Made by a program: the position numbers and the translations under genes. Under the pieces are notes generated by a model. The model was given only the letters and a program-made list of their open reading frames with translations, had not been told where the DNA came from and ran no database searches. DNA of 63,981 bases, the filler included, from Octopus bimaculoides (lineage: Eukaryota): NCBI RefSeq assembly GCF_001194135.2. It is 6 parts of 6 records of this genome, joined end to end, with 100 filler letters (N's around TTAATTAATTAA, not from the genome) between each part and the next. Parts side by side here need not be neighbours in the genome. Positions count along the whole stretch, not along the records: positions 38,880 to 56,310 come from NC_068984.1; positions 56,411 to 62,783 come from NC_068985.1; positions 62,884 to 63,981 come from NC_069006.1; 3 more parts are not named here. The stretch is one strand, 5' to 3'. Shown one piece after another: positions 52,567 to 63,981 of this stretch; within the stretch, counting starts at the first letter, position 1; each line of letters begins with the position of its first letter.

Positions 52567-53527
52567 TGTTTACTGCTATTTATTTATCTTTTATCGATTA
52601 TCTTGTCTCAGTCATTTGACTGCAACTGTGCTGGGGCACCGACTTGAAGGGTTTAACCGAACAAATCGATCCGAGTACTTATTTTAAAATCTAGAATTTA
52701 TTCTATCGATCCCTTTTGCCGAAACCGATNNNNNNNNNNNNNNNNNNNNNNNNNNNNNNNNNNNNNNNNNNNNNNNNNNNNNNNNNNNNNNNNNNNNNNN
52801 NNNNNNNNNNNNNNNNNNNNNNNNNNNNNNNNNNNNNNNNNNNNNNNNNNNNNNNNNNNNNNNNNNNNNNNNNNNNNNNNNNNNNNNNNNNNNNNNNNNN
52901 NNNNNNNNNNNNNNNNNNNNNNNNNNNNNNNNNNNNNNNNNNNNNNNNNNNNNNNNNNNNNNNNNNNNNNNNNNNNNNNNNNNNNNNNNNNNNNNNNNNN
53001 NNNNNNNNNNNNNNNNNNNNNNNNNNNNNNNNNNNNNNNNNNNNNNNNNNNNNNNNNNNNNNNNNNNNNNNNNNNNNNNNNNNNNNNNNNNNNNNNNNNN
53101 NNNNNNNNNNNNNNNNNNNNNNNNNNNNNNNNNNNNNNNNNNNNNNNNNNNNNNNNNNNNNNNNNNNNNNNNNNNNNNNNNNNNNNNNNNNNNNNNNNNN
53201 NNNNNNNNNNNNNNNNNNNNNNNNNNNNNNNNNNNNNNNNNNNNNNNNNNNNNNNNNNNNNNNNNNNNNNNNNNNNNNNNNNNNNNNNNNNNNNNNNNNN
53301 NNNNNNNNNNNNNNNNNNNNNNNNNNNNNNNNNNNNNNNNNNNNNNNNNNNNNNNNNNNNNNNNNNNNNNNNNNNNNNNNNNNNNNNNNNNNNNNNNNNN
53401 NNNNNNNNNNNNNNNNNNNNNNNNNNNNNNNNNNNNNNNNNNNNNNNNNNNNNNNNNNNNNNNNNNNNNNNNNNNNNNNNNNNNNNNNNNNNNNNNNNNN
53501 NNNNNNNNNNNNNNNNNNNNNNNNNNT

Positions 53528-54580
53528 ATTCCAGTTCAAGCTAGGCCGAAAAGCTGCTGAAACAGCTCGCGATATCAACGATGCGTTTGGCCCAGGAACC
53601 ACTAATGAACGTACAGCACAATGGTGGCTCAAGAAATTTCGTAGCGGTGACGAGAGTCTTGAAGATGATAGGCGTAGTGGTCGGCCATCGGATGTTGACA
53701 ATGATCAACTAAGAGCTTTAGTCGAAGCCAATCCATGCATAACTGTTCGAGAGCATGCTTCTGAATTAGATGTAACGTATACGACAATTTCCAACCACTT
53801 GAAAGAGATTGGAAAAACAAAAATATTTGAGAAATGGGTGCCGTACGAATTGAACGGCAACCCCCCCAAAAAAACAAAAAAACGCCGTTTTGAAGTGTCG
53901 TCTTCCCTTCTTTTACGCAACAAGAACGACCCGTTTCTCGACCGGATTGTGATTTGCGATGAAAAGTGGATTCTTTACGACAATCGGCGACGCTCAGCTC
54001 AGTGGTTGAACGCAGACGAAGCTCCACAGCACTTCCCGAAGTCAAAGTTGCACCAAAAGAAGGTCATGGTGACTGTTTGGTGGTCTGCGGCCGGTCTCAT
54101 CCATCACAATTTTTAGGATCAAGGCGAAACCATTGCGGTGGAGAAGTACTGTCGACAAATGAATGAAATGCATAAGAAACTCCGACAACAACAGAAAAGA
54201 ACTAATTCTTCTCCACGAAAATGCTCGGCCGCACGTCACACAACTGACCCTGCCGAAGTTGAACGAATTGGGCCATGAAACTCTGCCTCATCCACCATAC
54301 TCACCAGACATCTTGCCTACCGACTGCCACTTTTTCAAGTGTCTCAACAACTTTCTGCATGAGAAATGCTTCAAAAACCAAGACGATGCCAAACACACCT
54401 TCAACGCCACCAGAACGCAGGATTTTTATGCTACTGGCATAAATAAACTTGTTTCGTGTTGGCAAAAGTGTGTGGATTCTGATGGTGTTTATTTCGATTA
54501 ATAAAGTTTTGTTTGAGCCGAGATATACGCATCTAAATTTAAAGGTTAAAAACCGCAAGAACTTTCTTGACAACCTAATA
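53528..54580 (+). mobile_element. Hsmar1-like (cecropia subfamily) mariner; transposase nearly complete but disrupted, 5' end in gap, right TIR about 54549-54578 + TA
   Basis: FKLGRKAAETARDINDAFG HTH region, WVPYEL linker, DEKWILYDN, HENARPH and YSPDILPTD motifs. Contains a stop near 54116, a frameshift and small indels. The end aaaaccgcaagaactttcttgacaacctaa-ta resembles the Hsmar1 TIR. Confidence 0.93.
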
Positions 54581-55684
54581 ATAACAGGAAAATGGCTTTA
54601 ATGCGTTCCCAGAGTATATAGAACATTTGAGGAAATACTAATAAGGTATGTATACTAAAATCGTGAAGCATGTTACATAATAACAGGCTAATCAGATGTG
54701 AGATAACAACAACAATTCAAAGTAAATAACTCTGAAAAGGGCTTTTGTGCGTTCCCAGAGAATATTACCCTCAGGGGCGCTAGCGTTGGTATATTCGTGG
54801 ATAAGCCACTAACCGAAATAAGTGGATCTATTGTTTGAAAAAATACTATTTACTTGTTTTGCGAAAATAACTTTAACATTTCAAATACTAAGAAATAAGC
54901 ATACTCAATTTCATTTTTACCAAATAATTTAGGAAAATGAATGGGTTATTTCCCTTGGCTATATATAAGGATCCCTTCCAGGGGCCAATGGGTTATTTCC
55001 CTTGGTTTTTAAAATATATATTAGATATATATAAGGATCCCTTTCAGGGACCCTATTATCGATTTTTTTCAACAATCTGAGTATACCATTTGGTTTCCAG
55101 ACATGGTTCTACTCACGTGTCAAGTTTCATCAAAATCGATAAAAACGATGTAGGAGCAGTTAGCTAACAACTCCACAAACACACCCACAGACAGAATTTC
55201 CCACATATTTAATAGATATATCTTTGCATTATTTACATTAGACGGGCAACGAGCTGGCAGAAACGTTAGCACTCCGGGCGAAGTGCTTAGCAGTATTTCG
55301 TCTGCCGTTACGTTCTGAGTTCAAATTCTGAGGTCGACTTTGCCTTTCATCCTTTCGAGGTCGATAAATTAAGTACCAGTTACGCACTGGGGTCGATCTA
55401 ATCGACTTAATCCCTTTGTTTGTCTCCTCTACGTTTAGCCCCTTGTGGGCAATAAAGAATTAAGAAACGTTACCACGCCGAGCGAAATGCTTAACGATAT
55501 TTCGTCTGTCTTTACGTTCTGAGTTCAAATTCTCCCGAGGTCGACTTTACCTTTCATCCTTTCGGGGTCGATAAATTAAGTACCAGTTGTATACTGGGGT
55601 AGATCTAATCGACTGGCCCTCCACCCCAAAATTTCGGGCCTTGTGCCTAGAGTAGAAAAGATTATTTACATTAGACAGATGTGT

Positions 55685-55906
55685 ACTCATCTTTTTTGTT
55701 GTTACCACAACGTTTCGGCTGATTTATTCTCCAGCCTTCATCAGGTGTCCTGGTAGGATTTTGAACCAACCCTTGACTCTCATTCCTAAGGTATTTTTTT
55801 TGCCGATATTATTATTATTCATTTATTTATTCAAAGCACTGCCTGGAACCTAACTCGCAATCTTGTGGTTAGTAGCCTGCGCTCTTAACTATTACGCTAT
55901 ATGCCC
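55685..55906 (-). mobile_element. PLE-associated unit, copy 3: tRNA-like head + (AAT)n + body + hammerhead-like motif
   Basis: Same order and sequence as the 30420-30678 copy; lies just 3' of the GIY-YIG remnant. Confidence 0.8.
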
Positions 55907-55959
55907 GTGAATTTTAGGGCTTATAAACCTAATATTTTTGTATCCTTCCTTAATATCGG

Positions 55960-56300
55960 TTCCTATATTCTACTCATATCTACACTAGGTCTACTTAGAA
56001 AGTTATTGTGTCCTAGCATATGTGCTGCCTCCTTTAGTTTTCGTATTTTCAGTGGTGTTCTCTGTCTATTATTTTAACTTCATCCCACAGGGATACCTGA
56101 TCAGCTATACCCAATTTTTCAAAATTTCCTCGTGTCACAGCTTTACGATGTTCCTCTACGCTTATTTTGAGGGGGAGAAATGTTTCGCCTTTGTGTAACT
56201 TAACACAACTGCATGGGATGGAGTACACGCAGTTTTTGGAGATATTTGCGAAGTGTTGTGTTACTCTTGAATACCGTCCTGATGTCATATGGACCGCATA
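55960..56300 (-). mobile_element. Penelope-like element GIY-YIG endonuclease remnant
   Basis: CVYSIPCSC..LHKGET..PLK..VEEHRKAV..G..EK.GIAD and WDEVKIIDRE, followed by RKLKEAAH: the typical PLE endonuclease C-terminus. Confidence 0.85.
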
Positions 56301-57289
56301 TCTTTTGTATNNNNNNNNNNNNNNNNNNNNNNNNNNNNNNNNNNNNNNNNNNNNTTAATTAATTAANNNNNNNNNNNNNNNNNNNNNNNNNNNNNNNNNN
56401 NNNNNNNNNNCCGACATCCACCTGTATGTATAGGTGCATATCTGGGTACAGGACATTGCAAACAAACGTAGACGAGAAAACACACGAGCCACATAGAGAA
56501 CATTCTACTTCATCAGCTACTCACGTTTTAACACCGGCCACATATATATGTATGTATATGTATATACACACATGCATCTGTATGTATACACACATATCAA
56601 TAGAGACAGACAGAGAGGTAGGTAGATAGATAGATAGATAGATACATACATACATGCATACATACATACATACATACATACAAACAAACAAACAAACATA
56701 CGTACATACATACATACATACATACACACACATACATACACACACATACATACATACGTACATACATACATACATACATACTACATACACACACATACAT
56801 ACATACATACATACATGCATACATAGAGCGATAGACACCTATCTATCCGTCCCCCACCTACTGCTTTCTGAAGCATTAAGCCGATACATCCTCTCTGTGG
56901 TTGTTCTGTCTGATGTCGCTAAATTTTGTCTTTCTATCGACTGCTACATTTTTTGTTATTGTATCTAATGTAACTTAAGTGTCATTCGTTCTCAATGATT
57001 AATTCGATTTTAACTTTGTTTTTCCTGATGAATCTAATTGTTATTGTGTTAAAATCTGTATGGACGTACATCCTCTACCATCACTACCCATGATATAGCA
57101 TCATATATTTACCTTAATTGCAATTTAGATCATTGAAATAAATTTTCTGGTGTTTGCAACAAGAATCATTTCGGTTCTTTTGTTCAGCAAGCACGTTTTC
57201 CTACCGTACACAGAAATTATTCCCGCAAGCGTTTTTTCTACGGAATGGCAGTGTATGTTATTGTTCAGTTTATATTTTCTCCCTTTTAG

Positions 57290-57352
57290 GCAGCAAATGA
57301 ACTTCTAAAAACAACAACATCGCGTTCCTACGATATATATTTTGGAACGAGG
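57290..57352 (+). CDS. Candidate symmetric 63-nt exon (AANELLKTTTSRSYDIYFGTR)
   Basis: ttttctcccttttag acceptor and AGG|gtaaat donor; only phase 0 is open. No partner exons established. Confidence 0.2.
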
Positions 57353-58811
57353 GTAAATGTGGTATATATCTGACTTTGAACGTTACGTTTGTTGCACTGA
57401 TATACTTTTTACTTTTTCAACTTAACTCAGAAGATGACGAATTAAAATCGAAACATCAGTGTCCGATGATCTGCCGACGACATGCAGTACAAGCTCTGTT
57501 CTTTTTTAACATACACTTTTCTTTGAGAAGTATCTCTGAGAGAAAACACTACAGCAAGTGCTGCTCTAAGATTGTGTATACATTATAAATGTACAAACGT
57601 CGGTATTTTTATATAATGCTCTTTCAAGAGCGTATTTCGATTTAATATTAATGATTTTTCTTATATGCTTTTAAAAAAAACTACATATTAAGGAATCAGT
57701 TTATATCAGCAGAAAACTTAAAAACATTAAAGATAGAAGGTGTCTGTTTTGGTTACTTTTGCAGTAAATTCTTTGGACTTTGCTTAGAAAAACTTGAAGT
57801 GAGGAAAAGAGAGCTTATAAAATATCTATGTCATAGAATCAATTGAAACTAATCAATGCTGTGTTGAATGCTAATGGTTCTTTCTAGTTGTCAAAAACCA
57901 TTTTAGCATTCATAAGACAGAAAAGAACACTGAATTAGTAAGGGACATACTCTTCAGTTTCAATAAGCTTGGATGTAATATGAACATTAATATCCGTTGC
58001 ACTCACAATCATTTGGTTTGTTTTCCAGAAAAGTTTGGTGATTTTAACAAATATTATTTTGGAAAGATTTTATCGGGGTATAAAAACAACAGGGGAATAG
58101 TACTATGAATGATAAAATACAGACTAAATGGCAAATTATTACTGCAAACTTCAATGGAAATACTTCGGTAAATTTCATTCTAGAAAGTCAGGAAGCAGTA
58201 AACGCCTTCTAAAAATCTCCGGTTCCTGAAGATGCTTCATGTGATCTGAAAACATAAGGCCACCTACATACTTTGTGTGGTAGGGAGCTTGCTTCTCAAG
58301 TACACGGTTCCTGGTTCAGTCCCACCGCGTTGAACATTTAGCAGGTGTCTTCCTCTATAGCCTCGGGCTGACCAAAGCTTTGTGAGTGGATGTGATAGAT
58401 GGAAACTGAAAGAAGCCCGTCGTGTGTGTGTGTATATGTGTGCATATGTGCGTGTGTGTGTTTTTGTCTGAGTTTTTCCCCACTACTGTCTGACAACTGG
58501 TGTTGGTGTGTTTGCGTCGCCGTAACTTAGCGGTTAGGCAAACGAGATCTATAGAATAAGTACCAGGTCTAACAAAAGATAGGTACTGGGGTTGGTGCCC
58601 CAGGATGGCCGCAGTTTAATGAGTGAAACAAGTAAAGAATAAAAGATGTGTGTGTGCGTGCGCGCGCGCAAGCGTGTGTGTGTTGTGAAGGCACATGACT
58701 CAGTGGTTAAGTTGTTGCTCTCATGATCGCAAGCTCGAGGTCTCGATTCCCTGACCGAGTGGTGCTTTCTCTTCTTGATCAAAACAGTTCGTTTCACATT
58801 TAGATAGATAA

Positions 58812-58855
<44 letters not shown>

Positions 58856-60848
58856 GTTATATACACACATACACTTATATATATGTGCGTGTGTGGGGGT
58901 TCTTATATATTGAATAACTAATGACCAATCAATAACGAAAGGATGTAATTACTACAATGGGGTGTAATTATTACAAAATAGATCATTATTGAATTGGTCC
59001 TAATAAGGTAAAATCGATGTCATTTTTGGAACCAATGCCTCAGAGATACACAAGAATAAGCATATCTAACTTGTAAAGTACCAATATGCACCTGATGCAG
59101 CAAATTCTAGTACACGAGTGAATACGTCATCATATAAAGGACCCACAAACTAGAACCGATGTTGTAAAACTCAGAGAGGAGATTTGGATATCAGCACCCT
59201 AAATATACCAAAGAATATGTCTAACTTTGAAGAAAGCGTAGTAATGATGATGATGATAATAATAATAATAATGATAATAATAATAATAATANNNNNNNNN
59301 NNNNNNNNNNNNNNNNNNNNNNNNNNNNNNNNNNNNNNNNNNNNNNNNNNNNNNNNNNNNNNNNNNNNNNNNNNNNNNNNNNNNNNNNNNNTATATAATA
59401 TATGAAGAAACATACAGACGTTTAGTTACACGTATGTTGAAATGTTGTGTGTGTGTGTGTGTGTGTGTTTGTGTTTGCCGCTGTGTATGTGTATGTGTGT
59501 ACACTTGCGTGCATACTCATAAACACACGCACAAGTATATGTGCATGTATGCATGTATGTATGTATGTATGTTTGTATGTATGTATGCATATATGTATGT
59601 TTGTATGTATGTATGCATGCAAGTACGTATGTGTGTGTGGATATAGATATCTGTGTGTATGTATGAATGTATGTATGTATGTTGCATACGTCCGAATTAG
59701 TGTATGTATACTTATGTGTCTTGTTAGAGTATGCATACACACATATTCGTGCGCATCCATCTCTCTTATGCCCCCTCTCACTCTCTCTGTATATACATAC
59801 ATAAATACATACATACATGCATACATACACACATACATACATACATGTGCACACACGCAGAGAAATATATTTGTATATTTATATTTGCAAGTTTCTGCGC
59901 ATGTGTACGCACATACATATAGGTATCTATACATCGTATAGGATTTTGAAAAGGAGGTACAAAATCAAAATTTTAAAAAAAAAACAGAAAGTAAACAACT
60001 GGAAGGGGCCAATGGCATGAATTTGGATAAAGAAGTCGACGTGGGGAGCTCTGAATGTCGAGGCTGATAAATTTCGTAATTTATTAAAATCTCTGCCGCT
60101 GACAGAGACCATAAACATGAAGGCAGCCATTTTGAGAAGGAAAAATAGTATAAAAAATAACTGAACACACGCGAGCGCGCAGGCATATTACTGACAGATG
60201 AGATCATGTATGCCTACGCATATTATCTACATACACACTCACACATATTTTACAGATAAACTTCACCTGCCGTTGACTGATGTTGACAAAGATTTCAACG
60301 TATTTCTATATCGTTGGACCTTGTCGCTACCTGCTACCACATTGATGTACGTACGTACGTACGTACGTACGTATGTATATATGTATGTATGTATATTCTT
60401 TTATTCTTTTACTTGCTTCAGTCATGTGTCCGCGGCCATGCTGGAGCACCACCATTTTAGTCGAAGAAAATTACCCACCACTTATTCTTTGTAAGCCTGT
60501 TACTTATTCTATCGGTCTCTTTTGCCGAACTGCTAAGTTACAGGGACATAAACACACCAGCATCGGTTGTCAAGCGATGGTGGGGGGACAAACACAGACA
60601 CAAAGACACACACATAAATATATATACAATATATATATATATATATATATATATGCGACGGGTTTCTTTCAGTTTCCGCCTACCAAATACATTCACAAGG
60701 CTTTGCTCGGCCGGAGGCTATAGTAGAAGACACTTTCCCAAGGTGCCACGCAGTGAGACTGAGCCCGGAACCAAGTGGTTGTGAAGCAAGCTTACACACA
60801 CTCACACACATATATATGTGCATTTGTGTGTGTGTGTGTGTGTACGTG

Positions 60849-60880
<32 letters not shown>

Positions 60881-62106
60881 CGTGCATGCGCGCGCATACA
60901 TACAGGCTGTCCCAAAAAATGTTTAAGCATCTTGGTTTCAAATTTTGGCACAAAGCCAGCAATTTCGGGCGTGGGGTAAATCGATTATATCGATCCTACT
61001 GTTCAACTGGTAATTATTTTATCGACCCCGGAAGACAAAGCTAGCTACGGCAGGAATCGAACATAGAACGTAAAGACGGGTGAAATACCGCCTGGCATTT
61101 TGCCAGAGCATGCCAACGATACTACCAACTCACTGCCCTAATGCATTCATAGATTGAATGAACATAAAATTAGTATTTATTGATTTCGACAGCTATTTCG
61201 AAGGATGACAGGCAAAGTCGACCACGGTGGAATTTGAACTCAGAACGTAAAGATGAATATAATACCCGCTAAGCATTTTGTCTGGCGTGTTAACCATTCT
61301 GCCAGCTCGCCGTCTTAATGTATACACATTAGTTTCATGTTTTGGCACAACACCAGCAATTTCAAGGGAGGAGCTAAGTCGATCACATCGACTCTAGTGC
61401 TCAACTGGTACTTATTTTCTCGCCCCCCACCCCGCAAAAAAAATAAAAGAGTAAAAACCAAACTCGACCATGGCGGAACTTGAACTCAGAACGTAAAGTT
61501 GGACGAAACGCCGCTAAGCATTTTGCTCTACGTGTTAACCATTTGGCCAGCTTTCCACCTTAATGTTCACACATATTGAATGAATATAAAATTAGTATTT
61601 ATTAAAATATATTCCATTTGCAAAATTTGATAGAATCTACAGACAGAATTTAATTTTTTATGAACGCCTGTGTTGAAACTGATAACCGTTCTGGTCTAGG
61701 AACTGCTGATTACGCGAAGCAATGGAAATTGAAAACGAAAAAAAATAATCAAGAAATATTCCAGTCACTATTTGTGCTCATTTTCGTTTCAATGGCTGTC
61801 TTGAATTCCTCGACTGTTGCAGGTTTTGTAACAGAAACTTTAGCTTTTAAATGTCCTCATTCAAATGAATTCTAACAGTGATGTTCAGTAAATGAGGACG
61901 GTATCCTACTGAATTCCTTCCTCCAATCCACCTGCTTGGCAAAATCTCATCAAGTTAGGCCCTTATACTACTGTGTGCGAATATCGGTTCCAGATTCAGG
62001 AATGCGGGAGTACCATGGTCTCAAGAACAAGCAAATGATCCCCAAAATGTCCACTGTCATTCTCTGCATATCTGGTTTTATATCAGAGTGACCTCCTAGA
62101 TACAAG

Positions 62107-62427
62107 GTGAAGGCGCGTGGCTTAGTGGTTGGGGCTTTCGACTCACGATCGTAAGGTCGTGAGTTCAATCCCCAACGACGCGTTGTGTCCTTGAGCAAGA
62201 CACTTTATTTCACGTTGCTCCAGTCCACTCAGCTGGCAAAAATGAGTAGTACCTGTATTTCAAGGGGCCGGCTTTGTCACATTCTGTGTCACGCTGAATC
62301 TCCCTGAGAACTACGTTAGGGGTACACGTGTCTGTGGATTACTCAGTCACTAGCACGTTAATTTCACAAGCAAGCTGTTCCGTTGGTCATATCAGCTAGG
62401 ACCCTCGTCGTCGTAACCAACGGAGTG
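62107..62427 (+). mobile_element. tRNA-derived SINE family C, full-length with 21-bp TSD; other copies about 10720-11038(-), 18722-19003(-), 34068-34310(-)
   Basis: tRNA-like head ggcgcgtggcttagtgg...gagttcaatccc. The direct repeat gagtgacctcctagatacaag occurs at 62086-62106 and 62423-62443. Confidence 0.9.
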
Positions 62428-62722
62428 ACCTCCTAGATACAAGATCTGAGGAGTGCCCCACGCCTAGTGATTTTCTGCAATCAGAAACCAACTCGGAATT
62501 TCTGAGGGCTCGTGCCCCTACTAGATAGTGGTTGAACATACACTAGTTTCATCCGTCCATTTCATAGGTATTGTTTTTAGTCCTGCTAAGTTTCCAGCAT
62601 CTTCCCTCACCAGGCAAGCCTAGTGAGGTTACCGGTTTAGTCGCCGACGATCCGACCGTGCAACAAGTTGTACTGGGTTCCACGTTACCACAAGCGCTCC
62701 TGAGTGTGCCTCACAAGTGATC

Positions 62723-62783
<61 letters not shown>

Positions 62784-62929
62784 NNNNNNNNNNNNNNNNN
62801 NNNNNNNNNNNNNNNNNNNNNNNNNNNTTAATTAATTAANNNNNNNNNNNNNNNNNNNNNNNNNNNNNNNNNNNNNNNNNNNNGTTAACCGACCCACAGT
62901 TATATAAGTCTCTTCACCAGTCTGTCTCT

Positions 62930-62988
62930 CCGTCCCACTCTCCACCTCTGTCTCTCTTTCTCTGTCTGTCTCTCTTTTTCTTCCCCTA

Positions 62989-63020
<32 letters not shown>

Positions 63021-63086
63021 CTTCTGTCTCTCTCTCTCTCACTTTCTCCTCTCTCTCTCTCTCTTTCTCCTCTCTCTCTCTCTCTT

Positions 63087-63121
<35 letters not shown>

Positions 63122-63375
63122 CTCTATCCCTCTGTCTCTTTCTCTCCCTCTGTTCTCTATCTCTCTTCCTCCCTCTATCTCTCTCTCCTTCAGTCTCTCT
63201 CTTGCTCTGTCTCTCTCTCTCTCTCTTCCTCTGTCTCTCTCTTGCTCTCTCTCTTCCTCTGTCTCTCTCTTTATCTCTCCCCCTCTCTCTTTCTCAGTTT
63301 CCCCCTCTCTCTCTCTTCTTCCACCTGTTTCTCTTCCCCCTCTCTCCCTCCCTCTCTCACCCCTCCCCCACTCTC
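62930..63375. repeat. (CT)n polypyrimidine tract
   Basis: Direct reading. Confidence 0.9.
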
Positions 63376-63981
63376 CCTACTACCAACAACAAGTTTACAA
63401 CCATCAAATTATTCCTGTATTGAAATATTTCCTTCATCTGAAAAATCCCTTTGTGCAGCTCCTATACAAACAGTCTTCCCACCTGACTTTTACCTGACAT
63501 TCACCTGTAAAACGTAAAACGATACTATCACATTCTGTTTCCTTTCTTTATTTCTGTCCCTACAATGCTGAAAATGCTGAATGCAAATATCTTCAGATAT
63601 AACTTGACATAAATGTCCATTCATTGTTTGGTCAAATTTTTCAAATAGTTGGGCAACACTTTTAACAATGCCATTGTGTGGCGGAAATAATGTGATGGCG
63701 AGGCGCATTCAAAGGCAAATTGTGTCCCGCTAAATAGAGCAAAACATACTCTAATCCTTTTGTGTTTAAACTGGCAATATCCAGCCCAAATATTCAATCT
63801 GTTTTATGTTCAAACTGGCAAGATCCAGCCTCTCTCACCTGCCTTACAATGTCATTCTAAAAATAAATCAAATATTGACGCTACAAGATAATGGATATTT
63901 AATATGGTTAATTCAAACCAATGTGGATAAAAAGGATTAGCTTTGACAGAGTAAGTTGAATGATGAGGCTTATATATATAT

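Noticed and set aside
62107-62185. Functional tRNA genes (also 7070-7145, 30604-30678, 38632-38705)
   Set aside because: A/B boxes are present, but acceptor stems do not close and each runs into a repeated SINE body.
63490-63708. 72-aa minus-strand ORF or exon near the window end
   Set aside because: No recognisable motif and no consistent exon chain, though one good acceptor (gttttacag) exists near 63505.

Overview
Eukaryotic nuclear DNA, AT-rich and dense in microsatellites. It is most likely an octopus or other coleoid cephalopod genome; this is inferred from the tRNA-derived SINE families and repeat landscape, not proven. The window is not one contiguous molecule: five identical 100-nt artificial spacers (N44-TTAATTAATTAA-N44) split it into six segments (1-4789, 4890-16236, 16337-38779, 38880-56310, 56411-62783, 62884-63981). 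The main gene is mitochondrial Hsp90 (TRAP1/Hsp75) on the minus strand. I reconstructed 13 consecutive in-phase GT-AG exons (33519 down to 16723; 1619 nt, about 539 codons); the first and last exons were not found. A first coding exon of a claudin/PMP22-superfamily gene lies at 49943-50243 (-). The rest is mostly transposon debris: CR1-like and RTE LINEs, an Hsmar1-like mariner, a second mariner, a maT-like remnant, a hAT/Buster transposase, Penelope fragments, several SINE families and simple repeats. Nearly all ORFs in the supplied track are microsatellite or N-gap artefacts. The most interesting signal is a repeat unit present three times, which joins a tRNA-like Pol III head, an (AAT)n tract and a minimal type-I hammerhead-ribozyme motif with palindromic helix III. 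One copy directly follows a Penelope GIY-YIG endonuclease remnant, and two copies form an inverted pair inside a TRAP1 intron.
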